Shown: piece by piece, positions 53,163-64,000 of the stretch
Position numbering within the stretch: the first letter of the stretch is position 1
How the letters are laid out: every line of letters begins with the position of its first letter
Source: Octopus sinensis
Lineage: Eukaryota
Assembly (NCBI RefSeq): GCF_006345805.1
Contig: NC_043000.1
Span: 84,196,001-84,260,000 of the forward strand
Direction: 5' to 3'
DNA length: 64,000 nt
Notes under the pieces: generated by a model
What the model saw: only the letters and a program-made list of their open reading frames with translations
What the model was told of the DNA's origin: nothing
The model's database searches: none
Position numbers and translations under genes: made by a program

Positions 53163-54012
53163 CTTCAATTTTTGGCACAAGGCCAGCAATTTCGAGGGAC
53201 GGATTGAGCTGAATATATCGAACCCCAGTGCTCAAGTGGCACTTACATATTTTATCGACCCCGAGAGGATGAAAGGCAAAGTCGACCTCGGCGGAATTTG
53301 AACTCAGAATGTAAAGACAAACGAAATGCTGCTAAGTATTTCGCCCGGCATGCAATCTCGCAGCCTTCACACATGTTATATATTGGTTTCAAATTTTAGC
53401 ACAAGACCAGCAAGTTTGAAGGATGGGATAGTCGATTACATCGACCCCAGTACTCAACTGGTATTTATTTTATCGACCACGAAAGGATAAAAGGCAAAGT
53501 CGATCTCAGTGGAATTTGAACTCAGAAGATATAGACAGACGAAATGCCGCAAAGGATTTTGCCCGGCATTCAAATGATTCTGCCAGCTCGCAGCCTCCAC
53601 AGGGGGCTAAACATAGAGGAGACAAACAAGGACAGACAAAGGGATTATATCGATCCAGTACATAACTGGTACATCGACCCCAGTGCGTAACTGGTACTTA
53701 ATTTATCGACCCCGAAATGATGGATGAAAGGCAAAGTCGACCTTGGCGGAATTTGAAATCAGGACGTAACGGCGGACGAAATACCTATTTCTTTACTACC
53801 CACAAGGGGCTAAACACAGAGACGACAAACAAAGACAGACAAAGGGATTAAGTCGATTATATCGACCCCAGTGCATAACTGGTACTTATTTAGTCGACCC
53901 CAAAAGGATGAAAGGCAAAGTCGACCTCGGCGGAATTTGAACTCAGAACGTAGCGGCAGACGAAATACGGCTAAGCATTACGCCCGGCGTGCTAACGTTT
54001 CTGCCAGCTCGT
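53163..54012 (-). mobile_element. Head-to-tail cluster of three SINE B elements: two monomers and one with a duplicated body
   Basis: GGATGAAAGGCAAAGTCGA..GGAATTTGAA occurs four times; heads end at about 53370, 53600 and 54012. Confidence 0.92.
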
Positions 54013-54094
54013 TATATAACTGACGTGAAAAGTATGACGCCAACACTTTTAATCGGTCTCGTTATCGGAAAACCACAATAAAAATGAAAAGTGC

Positions 54095-54490
54095 AAGCGA
54101 GACTGTATGCTTAAGGGGCTTGCTTCGCAACCACGTGGTCTTGGTTCAGTTCCACTGCACATCACTTTGGGTATCTTCTACTAGAGCCCCGGGGCGACGA
54201 ACGCCTTGAGAGTGAATTCAATAGACATGAACTGAAAGTAGATTGTAGTAAATGTGTGTGCGTGTGTGAGTGTGAGTGTGTGTGTGTCTCTGTTTGTCCC
54301 CTCCCGGTGTTGGTTTGTTTATGTTCCCGTATCGTAGAAGTTTGCCAAAAACTGACCGATGAAATAAGTAACTAGGCTTAAAACTAAGCAAATAAAAGCT
54401 GGGATCGGTTCGTTCGACAAAAAATTTCAAAGCGATGCCCAAGCATGGCCGCAGGCCAATGCCTAAAACAAGTAAATGATATAAAAAATA
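54095..54490 (+). mobile_element. Old SINE family A
   Basis: GCTTGCTTCGCAACCACGTGG head; CCAAGCATGGCCGCAG 3' module. Confidence 0.8.
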
Positions 54491-55741
54491 TATAATAATG
54501 CTGTTGCTTAGAGTTCTGTGCAATACCTAATCGTAGTACCGACCTATAGGTAATATTTGTTATTGACTTCTTTCGTCGCTGTATATTGCCGAAAGCTGTA
54601 ACAATCAGCAAGAAAATCGAAAAGAAAAGAAAACGGCAGGAAAAAAAGCTCAATTATCCGGTGTTTTCGAATAAAAGTACTCCCGTTGTATATTTTCACT
54701 TCTAGTTGCTCAGGGACTCTGTAATCATTGCCGCTGTAAGAAATGCGTTGAAATACTGTTTGTTCCGCTCTGAAACCCATAACCAAGGATGCTTTTTCGT
54801 TTTTGTATCTGGTTTGCAAGATTCTTTATGTGAATTCGTGTGTTGAAGCAAATTCCGTTGTGTCTGGGGATAGTCATATTGCCTTAATATATTTAACACA
54901 CTGATTCAACTTCCACTCATTTGTTGTTATTTTTTATCTGTTCCAAAAGCAACGAAAAAGCTTTTTGGAACAGATAAAAAATAAATGCATAAATAAACAA
55001 ATGAATGAGTGGAAATTGAACCGGTGAGTGTTTTAAATATATCAAGGTCATATGACTCTCCCCAGATACAACAAGGATATTATTGTTGACCAAGTGTGAT
55101 ACGAAATAAATTACAACAGCAACAATCCATCAAACTCTGAAAAGAATGCAATGTGCAGTGAGGTCTATTTATCTTCTTAGGAATGAACTGTAAAATACTT
55201 CAAACCAGAACCGATCCCTTGTCGATGGGAAGCCGCCAGAGATAAGGTGATATGTACATTTGCAGCAAAACAAAATCTACCTTCGCATAAACGCCATCTG
55301 ATAATTTGTAATTCTAGAATATGATCGTTGGCTTTCATGGAATATATCAGAAAATTAGTTATAGAAATTATATGAAGGACTTATATTACATAATTTATTA
55401 TTAGTGCCAATTTCAAGATGTTTCCAACTGCTAATCACATTTTTTCTATCTTCTGTAAAACAGAACATTTCAAATGGTTTCATTTCAATCGGCAGGTTCA
55501 ACGTATACGTACCTATGATAAAAATCGAATATAATTTACTAACTTTTATTTCATGCAGTTTTACGACGCCATCACAAGAAGCACACGAATTTATTTCCAA
55601 TAGTGGCAGACATATTGGGCAAAAGTCGGTGCCAGAATTATTCTCAGCTGTACGCGCTGACTCTCTTCTTAGTTGTTGACTGTGGAAAAATAACAAAAGC
55701 AACTTGTTATTGCCGGTACTGTGCTGCCACCACCACGACCC

Positions 55742-55789
<48 letters not shown>

Positions 55790-55944
55790 GCAATTGTATT
55801 ACTACATTGCGTTGAACATTATGTTACATTTTACATTTTGTAAGTACAATTTTCTCACTGCTCACCAAACTACTACCATGCAACCGTTTTCTTGCCGCTT
55901 ATATCTTTAACACCATCACCACCAACAACAATAATACTAATAAC

Positions 55945-56155
55945 GGTTTGTGTTTAGGCTCAAGGCCATCAGATGTGAAAGGAGAGGGCTTAATTGATAA
56001 AAGTCAACCCAAGTATTTGACTGATTCTTTATTTTATCAACGACGAAGGATGAAAGGCAAAGTCAGCCGCGACGAGATTTGAATTCACAATGTAAAAACC
56101 TAGAAGTAACATAAAGCATTTTATCCGACGCTCTAACGATTCTGCGAGCTCGCCA
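55945..56155 (-). mobile_element. Old SINE family B
   Basis: GAAGGATGAAAGGCAAAGTC and CTAACGATTCTGCGAGCTCGCC. Confidence 0.8.
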
Positions 56156-56161
56156 CTTTAC

Positions 56162-56276
<115 letters not shown>

Positions 56277-59237
56277 TTAGGAAAGTATTATATTGCTGAA
56301 AAGAACGAATAGCATGGTACCGTAGGCTGCAGGTAGTAAGCCCGCTACGCATACAAAACTACAGGAGCTCCCACATAACTTTGTATAAAGAGATAATAGT
56401 AATAGTAATGGTTTTAAATTTAGGCACAAAGCCAAGGATTTAAGGGAGGGGGCTAGTCGGTTAATTCAACCCCGACCCCGAAGTCTATTTTGGAGGACTT
56501 TTAACCTGTCATTTATGAATAAATTTCAGATATCCTTGATCTTGTGATGACATTACGAGCATTGCTAGTTCGAGAGAAATTCTACAAGCCTGGATGTAAA
56601 GTCAATTCAGCCTGTCAGTGAATTCTTTCAAATTTTTGGCACAAGGCCAGCAAGTTTAGGAGGGAGGTTAGTCCATTGCATCAACCCTAGTACTAAACAG
56701 GTACTTTATTCTATCGATTCCGAACTAATGAAAGATAAAGACGTGGGTAGTATTTGAATGTAAAGAACGGAAAGAAATGCTGCAGAAGTATTACAGAAAC
56801 AAATATAAAAAACAGTGGGTTTTATAAAGAATTTAATAAAATGCAAAAAACAATAGTGTGTAAGGATAAAATAAAGGAATTGAAATGTTCTTATAAAATG
56901 ATAACAAAGAGTTCGATAAGAGTAGTAATCTTTTTTTCTAAGTAAAAGGCTCCTTCTCCGGCCTACAAGTATATAATGACAGTAAATTCATTGATCAGGC
57001 CATAATCCTCCCTCACACTTACTGGAAGGTACCACTTCCTTTTCTTTGTTGAAGAACTTGAAGTTGGTGAAGACTAGGCTGAAGATGAAACTGTCTTCCG
57101 TCTTTTCAATTTTGTCCATCAAACAATACCTTTCTCTAGAGTCATCTGACTAAAAAATTGCCTGCACTTCCTGCACAAAGGAAGATGGAGTGATTTTAAC
57201 GATGGAATCGGTTGATAGCGAGATCTTTTTCACAGGCGAAAAGAATTAGCAGGCAGTAGCCCACGAGTCAGAAATGTTCGGACATAAAACGGGAACATGT
57301 CGAACAGCTTTTCAACTCTGTGCTTCACGGACAGGTAGGGTTAACTTTACATCCGTGCTTGTAGAGTTTCTCTCGAGCTAGCAACGCCTGTAATATAACT
57401 ACAAACTCGGGGATATCTGGAAGTTATGCATAAATGACAGGCTAAAAGTCCTCTAGAGAAGACTATTGTCGAAGCCTGAAGCATACTCGAAAGCGTCGTC
57501 GCCTCTTTCCATGACTCCTATAGATTGCGATTTTTCACATCTACTGGTCGTATCACCGACATTCCAATTTCTAGGTGCCCAGTCGTAGTCTTTAATTGAC
57601 CCTGTACTACAGCTTAGTCACAGTTTTGAGCTGTAGTAAGATATGCCTGACCAACAGCGACCTTTCTTGCACACTGCCCAGGAATCTCTGTAGATAACGC
57701 AGCCTCAGTATGTGCTTGAATATCCTCGGTCACGGCAAATGGAACACTCAGCACCGAGACTATTGGTGATAGGTGAACCAACAGACAAGCATAAAACGAC
57801 CCTTCCACATAAAGTAAAACACCTGCTGAACCAAGCCGGCCAGTGGCGATAATAAATGAGGTATACATTTTCTATTTCTGCCCTACACCGTATCTAGAGA
57901 AGGGTCACTCGACCAATTTGGCATTAAATCACTGACAGACACCCCTGGCTCAAATTTGTTATCTCCTCTGTCTTTTCTACTGTACTCTTTATGGTCTCTG
58001 TTTTCCCAAAGCTATCATGTCTTGTATTTCCTCCACTCATTCACTTCCAACACACTCGTCTCTCTCTCTCTCTCTCTCGTTACTCATTCTGTGTTCGACC
58101 ACCAAGCCTAGCACTAATCGCCATCTCAATCTTCCTTACCAGGACCTTTAGAATTCTTTTAGAATTCACTCATAGTTTTGACTTGCTGCAATTTAAACAA
58201 AACATTAGGAGCATCGAGTTCACCGTTTTCAGGAAATATGCAATGGTCATGGGAGTTGCTGCCTGTTGTGACAGACATCTGGTCTGCCAAGACAGGAACA
58301 TAAAAGTCGGAATACATTCATAAATCTTGTAATGCAGACCATCTACACGTGGAAATTTATTCTGATATTGGTATTTTGCAACATTCCATCTTTTCTGCCA
58401 AGAGCCGTAGCAAGCCATCGAGGTAAGTTCTAACATCCACTTTTTGATTCACCACTGTCTTCAAATTTTCGAGCAGTGTGCTCCAAGAAAACCAACCACG
58501 ATCCAGTTATAACCCGTCAAATACTTAATTATGGTATTGCTTTCACGTTGAACCCGTGTCACTAGGGTCCGTATAACACCTTATGCATCTTCGTATCTGA
58601 GAGCATGCACTCAAGCTCAGAAAACGCAATCTCCATGTTTCGCGTTGAAGACATGACGAACATTATTTTCACCGTTAATATGCCTGTCACAATGCTTTTT
58701 AATCACCTCGTCTATTAAGAATCCTCTTTGTGAAAGATGAACAACTGTAGTGGGGCTCGTTCTGAAATTCTGCGCCGTTCTCTTGTAGGACCTTACAATG
58801 CGTCCTTCCTTTCTTAATGAAGTAGAGTATATTTAATGAAGTATATTTGAGAAAATGACGCTGCTTTTTCTGATAGGTCGAACGAATACATAGAAGCACT
58901 TTCTTAAGTTCATTAATAACTATAGGCAACTCCAAGTCACTACAAGCTCGCCGTTTCTAAGACAGCAGTTTACGCCAGTATATTTGTCACTTTGTCTGTC
59001 TATCTGACTGTTTGTCTCACTGTCTGAATGGCTGACTGGCTGGCTGGATAGTTAAATAAAGGTATGAAAGCCTGTATTTACGTGTGTATGTGTGTGTGTT
59101 CACATTTTGTATGTATGTATGTATGCTATTCATTAAAGTTGTTAAAATACTTTTTGGGTTTAATACAAAAATATATTACTCTACCTTTGGTAGCCGAGTA
59201 CTATATTTCCCACCTTGTATTACATTTGTGTACTTAC

Positions 59238-59284
<47 letters not shown>

Positions 59285-59356
59285 CGTGTGTGTGTGTGTG
59301 TTGTGTGTGTGTGTGTGCGTGCGAGTGTGTGTGTGTGTGTGTAAGTGTGTGTGTAA

Positions 59357-59535
59357 CGCGAGCAGGCAGAATAGTTAGCATGCCGAGCAAAATGTTTAGT
59401 GGCATTTCATCCGACTTTACTTTCTGAATTCAAATTCCACCGAGGTCGACTTTGCCTTTTATCCTTTAGGGAGTCGATAAGATGAATATCAAATGAACAC
59501 AGGGGTCGATGTAATCGACTTACACCACCAAATTA
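59357..59535 (+). mobile_element. SINE family B
   Basis: TTCAAATTCCACCGAGGTCGACTTTGCCTTTTATCC..GGGGTCGATGTAATCGACTT. Confidence 0.85.
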
Positions 59536-61589
59536 CTTTATAATATGCATATCTATCTTTATATGCATACATATTTATGTACGCTTAAGTGTGTATGTGT
59601 GAGAATGTGCGTGAGAGTGTTATAAAATATATGTATTTTTCTATAACCAAGTTAATTTCTATATCGTCATTGTTCATTATATTTCTCTCTTTTAAATTCT
59701 TTTCAACAATAATAATAAAGATGGATGTAGCTTCTCTTCTCGTCAAAATTGAGATGTTAAAGGAATAATGTCAGCTTCAATATACCACCGTCTTTACATT
59801 CCGCCTGAAATAAAACACAAAACAAACATCTGTAAATATAGGTAAGGATTTTCAGCTTCTAGAACGCAAAGTAATTATATAGCAGTGATCAGCTAACAGG
59901 AGCACCAGCCACCGACCACTACATGTTCCAAGAAAGAAGCTGAAGAGGAGCTGGACGAGGAAGAACTATGATAAAGCGATTTACGAACAAAAGACAGATA
60001 AAAAAGAATGAATAAAACAAAACAAGTTGAATTCTATTAGAAAGACGTTTGCTAGCAGTAACGTGCCATAAGTACTTATTAGAATGGTCGTTGATGGAAT
60101 CAACTAAATGCTATGTTTGATAAAGCTGAATTACAACTTGGAAAATAACAAATATTCTTCAACCGAACATTTATCATCCTATAAAGAAATTATTATTGTT
60201 ATCGTAATTATTATTATTACGAATCTTTAAGATCATCATCATTATACACACTACCAATATAAATCATCACTCGTCATCATCATCAACGTTATTATTGTAA
60301 TTGCTGTTATTAATAATGAAGGTCTGAGGCGAAGAATCACAAAATATTGGGGGGAAAAGTAAACAAAAGTCTGAACAAAATCAATATAAGCATCATCTGT
60401 AAAAGGTGTCATACTGATATTTTTGTCTCCTTTCAAATGTCAATAGTGAAATATTAGTTCAGCTTGGAGCTTCGGTAAGAGTCACATCATGATTTAACAA
60501 ACGAACAGATTCAGAGCACTCACATTTGCTTCAACTACTCTCTCCCCCCTCCCTTTCTCTTTATCCATCCGTTTCTCTTTCTTTTTGTTAATCTATCTGT
60601 CCAATCCAATCTATCCATTTTCCTCTAATACAATGCTAATCTTTATTTCCTTTTCTTCTTGTCATCATTCTTTACTTTTGACTGGTTTCTTTTCGATGCA
60701 AACGTTGCATTTCCTAAGTTCATAATTTCCTATTTCCTTCTCTCCAATCGCGCCTCCGTCAATTCTAATTCACAGAACAATACTTTACATTTCATCATTT
60801 CAAAATGTTTCATCTTTTAACTGAACCCATTAATTATGTGAATGTATATATGTTTTTGTTCTTTTTAATGAGTCAAAGATTCTATTAGCTTGTCAATTTG
60901 TCTTCCTCCTTCTCTCAACATTGTTTCCTTCTATTAACAACTTCTAATCCCTCTTCTGTTTTACTCTCCCTCTCTCTTTCTGTTTTCGTATCCCTCTATC
61001 CCTCCTCTCTCTCTCTCTATCGTTCTATCTCGTTTGTTATATCTTTATATATATTTCTGTCGATACAGCTTTCGACCACTTTTCCACTCTCCAAATTCTT
61101 TCTTCTGCAATATTTATCCTCTTCCTACATCTCACGCTTCCTGTTTGGTTTCTCTTTCCCCACTATATTTCTCTTTCACATCATATTCCCCTCTTTTCCA
61201 AACACTCTTCGCCACGTTTCATTTTCTTGATCCTACATTCTCTCTTCTTTATCATTTATCATATTTCCTCTACCCGACCGCCACCTCTTTCTCTATCTCT
61301 TCACTTCACTCTTCTGACATTTGACAGCTTCTTTGCTACTATTCTTTGATAATTTCTGGTATTTTCTGTTTGTTTTCACACCTCATTCATTCTATTCAAA
61401 GGTCTATATTTTATTCTTGCCTTCAGCATTTCTCTCTGATTTAAGAAACTCTTTTTTTTGTATCCTGACTTTTAATTTAAGTTATTATTCTTCCCTCGAT
61501 CATATTTATGAAATATTCTATTCAACTACTTCCAAATTCTCCTTTGTTATTGTTATTTTACTATAATGCTCTCTCTGTCTCTCTGTCTG

Positions 61590-61629
<40 letters not shown>

Positions 61630-61798
61630 CACACACATATAAAATATATGCACAGGAAACACAAAGATATTCTTGTATCCATCTATCCTTCCATTCATCC
61701 ATCCATCTATCTATCTCTTTATCCACGTGCTTGCACACACACACTTTCATATACGTATGTATATATATATATATATATATAATATATATATATATATA

Positions 61799-61855
<57 letters not shown>

Positions 61856-61873
61856 ATATATATATGTACATAC

Positions 61874-61906
<33 letters not shown>

Positions 61907-61930
61907 GTATGTATGTATGTATGTATGTAT

Positions 61931-62000
<70 letters not shown>

Positions 62001-62399
62001 ATATATATAAAATACATGCAAGAAATATAACCTAAGGTGGAATTTTGAATTCTGTTGAAAATTAATCACGCTACGTCGGGATCATGCGAACTCCACCCAC
62101 ACAAATTCACCATGTTAAGAAATATTAATATGATTTACAATAAAGCTACAAGTTTAGTCAACGTGAAAAGGTTATTTCTCAAATAGCTTTATACAATGAT
62201 TTTTTTCTTCTTTAAATAATAATCGTATGACACAAGGATTTGGTATGTGAGCAACGTTATTATGAAGGAGAGTTGCTTGCTTACTGCTATTTTCTGTAAA
62301 TGGGAACTTTTTCTCATCCGCAGTATTACTGCCGATAATTAATTATACTGCACATATGTGTGTGTGTGTGTGCGTGCGCGCGCGTATGTATTTGTACGT

Positions 62400-62670
62400 G
62401 CGTGGGTATGTTAAAAAAATTTGCTTCCCAATCACATGGTTCCGGGTTCAGTCTCTCTGTGTGGCATCTTGGGCAAATGTCATCTACTATAGCCTCGGAC
62501 CGACCGAGGACTTGTGAGTTGATTTGGTAATCGGAAACAAAAAGAAGCCCGTCATATGTATATATGTGTGTGAATATATATATATATATGTATATATTTA
62601 TATGCATATATATACACATAAATATACATATGCATATATATATATATATACACATAAATATACGTACATA

Positions 62671-62709
<39 letters not shown>

Positions 62710-62722
62710 GCATAAATATAAG

Positions 62723-62804
<82 letters not shown>

Positions 62805-62855
62805 ATATGTATGTATATACATATATATTTGTAAACATTTATATATATATGTATT

Positions 62856-62899
<44 letters not shown>

Positions 62900-62919
62900 T
62901 AGATAGATACATACATACA

Positions 62920-62950
<31 letters not shown>

Positions 62951-63000
62951 GTATATGTTCTAGCTTGGCCTCAGTCTAATGACTGAAACGATTAAAAATA
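62400..63000 (+). mobile_element. SINE family A with its 3' module largely replaced by expanded microsatellite
   Basis: Head and core at 62400-62555; terminal GGCCTCAGTCTAATGACTGAAAC at about 62965-62990. Confidence 0.75.
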
Positions 63001-63851
63001 ATAAATATGTATATGTGTGTATGTGTGTGGGGGTGTATGAGTGTGTCTGTCTATCTGTTTATGTGTCTGTCTGCCTGTCTGTCTGTCTGTCGGTGTATGT
63101 GTATCATATATACATACATATAAACATGCATAATGATAAACTCACCTGCATGAATAATCACATTTCAGCCAAAATTTTTTAATATTTTTGACTCACTGCC
63201 ATAATTATTGTAATTGTTACTTAGTTATAGGCTTGTCATGCAGAAGACAGTCATAGGAAATTCTCTATTGTCATTTTATTAATTTGTTTAATATTATTCA
63301 CACTTTAAATTTTCTCTCACTGTCGCTCTGAAATCTTAAACACCTTGCTGAATTATTCCTGTATGACATTTACGGAGTGTAACCCGGGCAATCAAAAGAT
63401 GGAACCTGTTGCCCGTGCCCCTTCCTGTATATCTTCATTTAAAATAATCGTGGTCGATCAAAATTTGGGGATTTCTCTCCTTTGTTTCTGCTGGGAATAT
63501 ATTTTCATTAGCGTTAACTACGTATTTCTTCATTAATCAAAATTTATTTCCACATATATTTATAACTATTTTTGGCTCCATACATCAGATATTGTAGATT
63601 GTACTTAATCATCAACCAGGATGCACCTTTGGGAAATTTTCGTATGTCATATAGTTATATGGATGAGTAGCAGAATGGTTGATAGAATTAAATCTAAGTG
63701 CAGAGAGTTTGTAAGTATCGAGTTATTCGCAGAAAATCTGAAGATCGTGTTTGAGGATCTAGTAATGCAAATGTCTCGATGATATACCAAATCCAATAAA
63801 ATTCATTGCTGTAAGACCCTTAATGGAAATCATCCAGTCATTTACAAAAAT

Positions 63852-64000
63852 AACCATTCAACATCAGTCAAGCAATTAACAAGACAATCATTCGATAGGA
63901 TAATCAGTCAGTCAATCAACAAGACAATCATTCCACATGACATCCAATCAATCAATCAACAAGGTAATCATTCAACATGACAATCAGTCAATCATTCAAC
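63852..64000. repeat. 40-bp minisatellite running off the window end
   Basis: (C/T)AACAAG..AATCATTC units at 63877, 63917 and 63957. Confidence 0.85.

Noticed and set aside
59850-59975. Acidic C-terminal exon (..KEAEEELDEEEL*)
   Set aside because: The nearest plausible acceptor gives an in-frame stop; too short to distinguish from chance.
60500-61570. F/S/L-rich membrane-protein-like ORFs in pyrimidine-rich tracts (also about 35000-35400, 44780-45290, 52260-52830)
   Set aside because: Compositional artefacts of degenerate CT/GA-rich low-complexity DNA.

Overview
AT-rich, microsatellite-saturated eukaryotic DNA with no host protein-coding exon I can support. The SINE repertoire and simple-repeat load resemble an Octopus (coleoid cephalopod) genome; this is from recognition, not a database search. 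The window is a transposon graveyard. It holds a full-length decayed piggyBac with readable bipartite ends (3.5-5.9 kb), a DD34D mariner (27.9-29.0 kb), maT/DD37D-like and DUF4817-HTH Tc1/mariner relics, and a hAT (Buster/Charlie-like) relic (39.9-42.6 kb). It also holds an RTE LINE 3' end, several Penelope-like element (PLE) relics, two convergent ORF1-like N-termini, and many copies of at least four tRNA-derived SINE families (labelled A, B, C and D' here). Nearly all ORFs in the supplied track are microsatellite artefacts. The three most striking structures are: (1) an 85-bp-arm fold-back just upstream of the mariner ORF whose transition mismatches are all G-U wobbles on the minus strand, suggesting a selected RNA hairpin or a fossilised A-to-I edited RNA; (2) a 130-bp-arm palindrome carrying a PLE-type minimal hammerhead ribozyme core in each arm; (3) a six-unit array of 16-bp palindromes with variable spacers at 38.2-38.4 kb.
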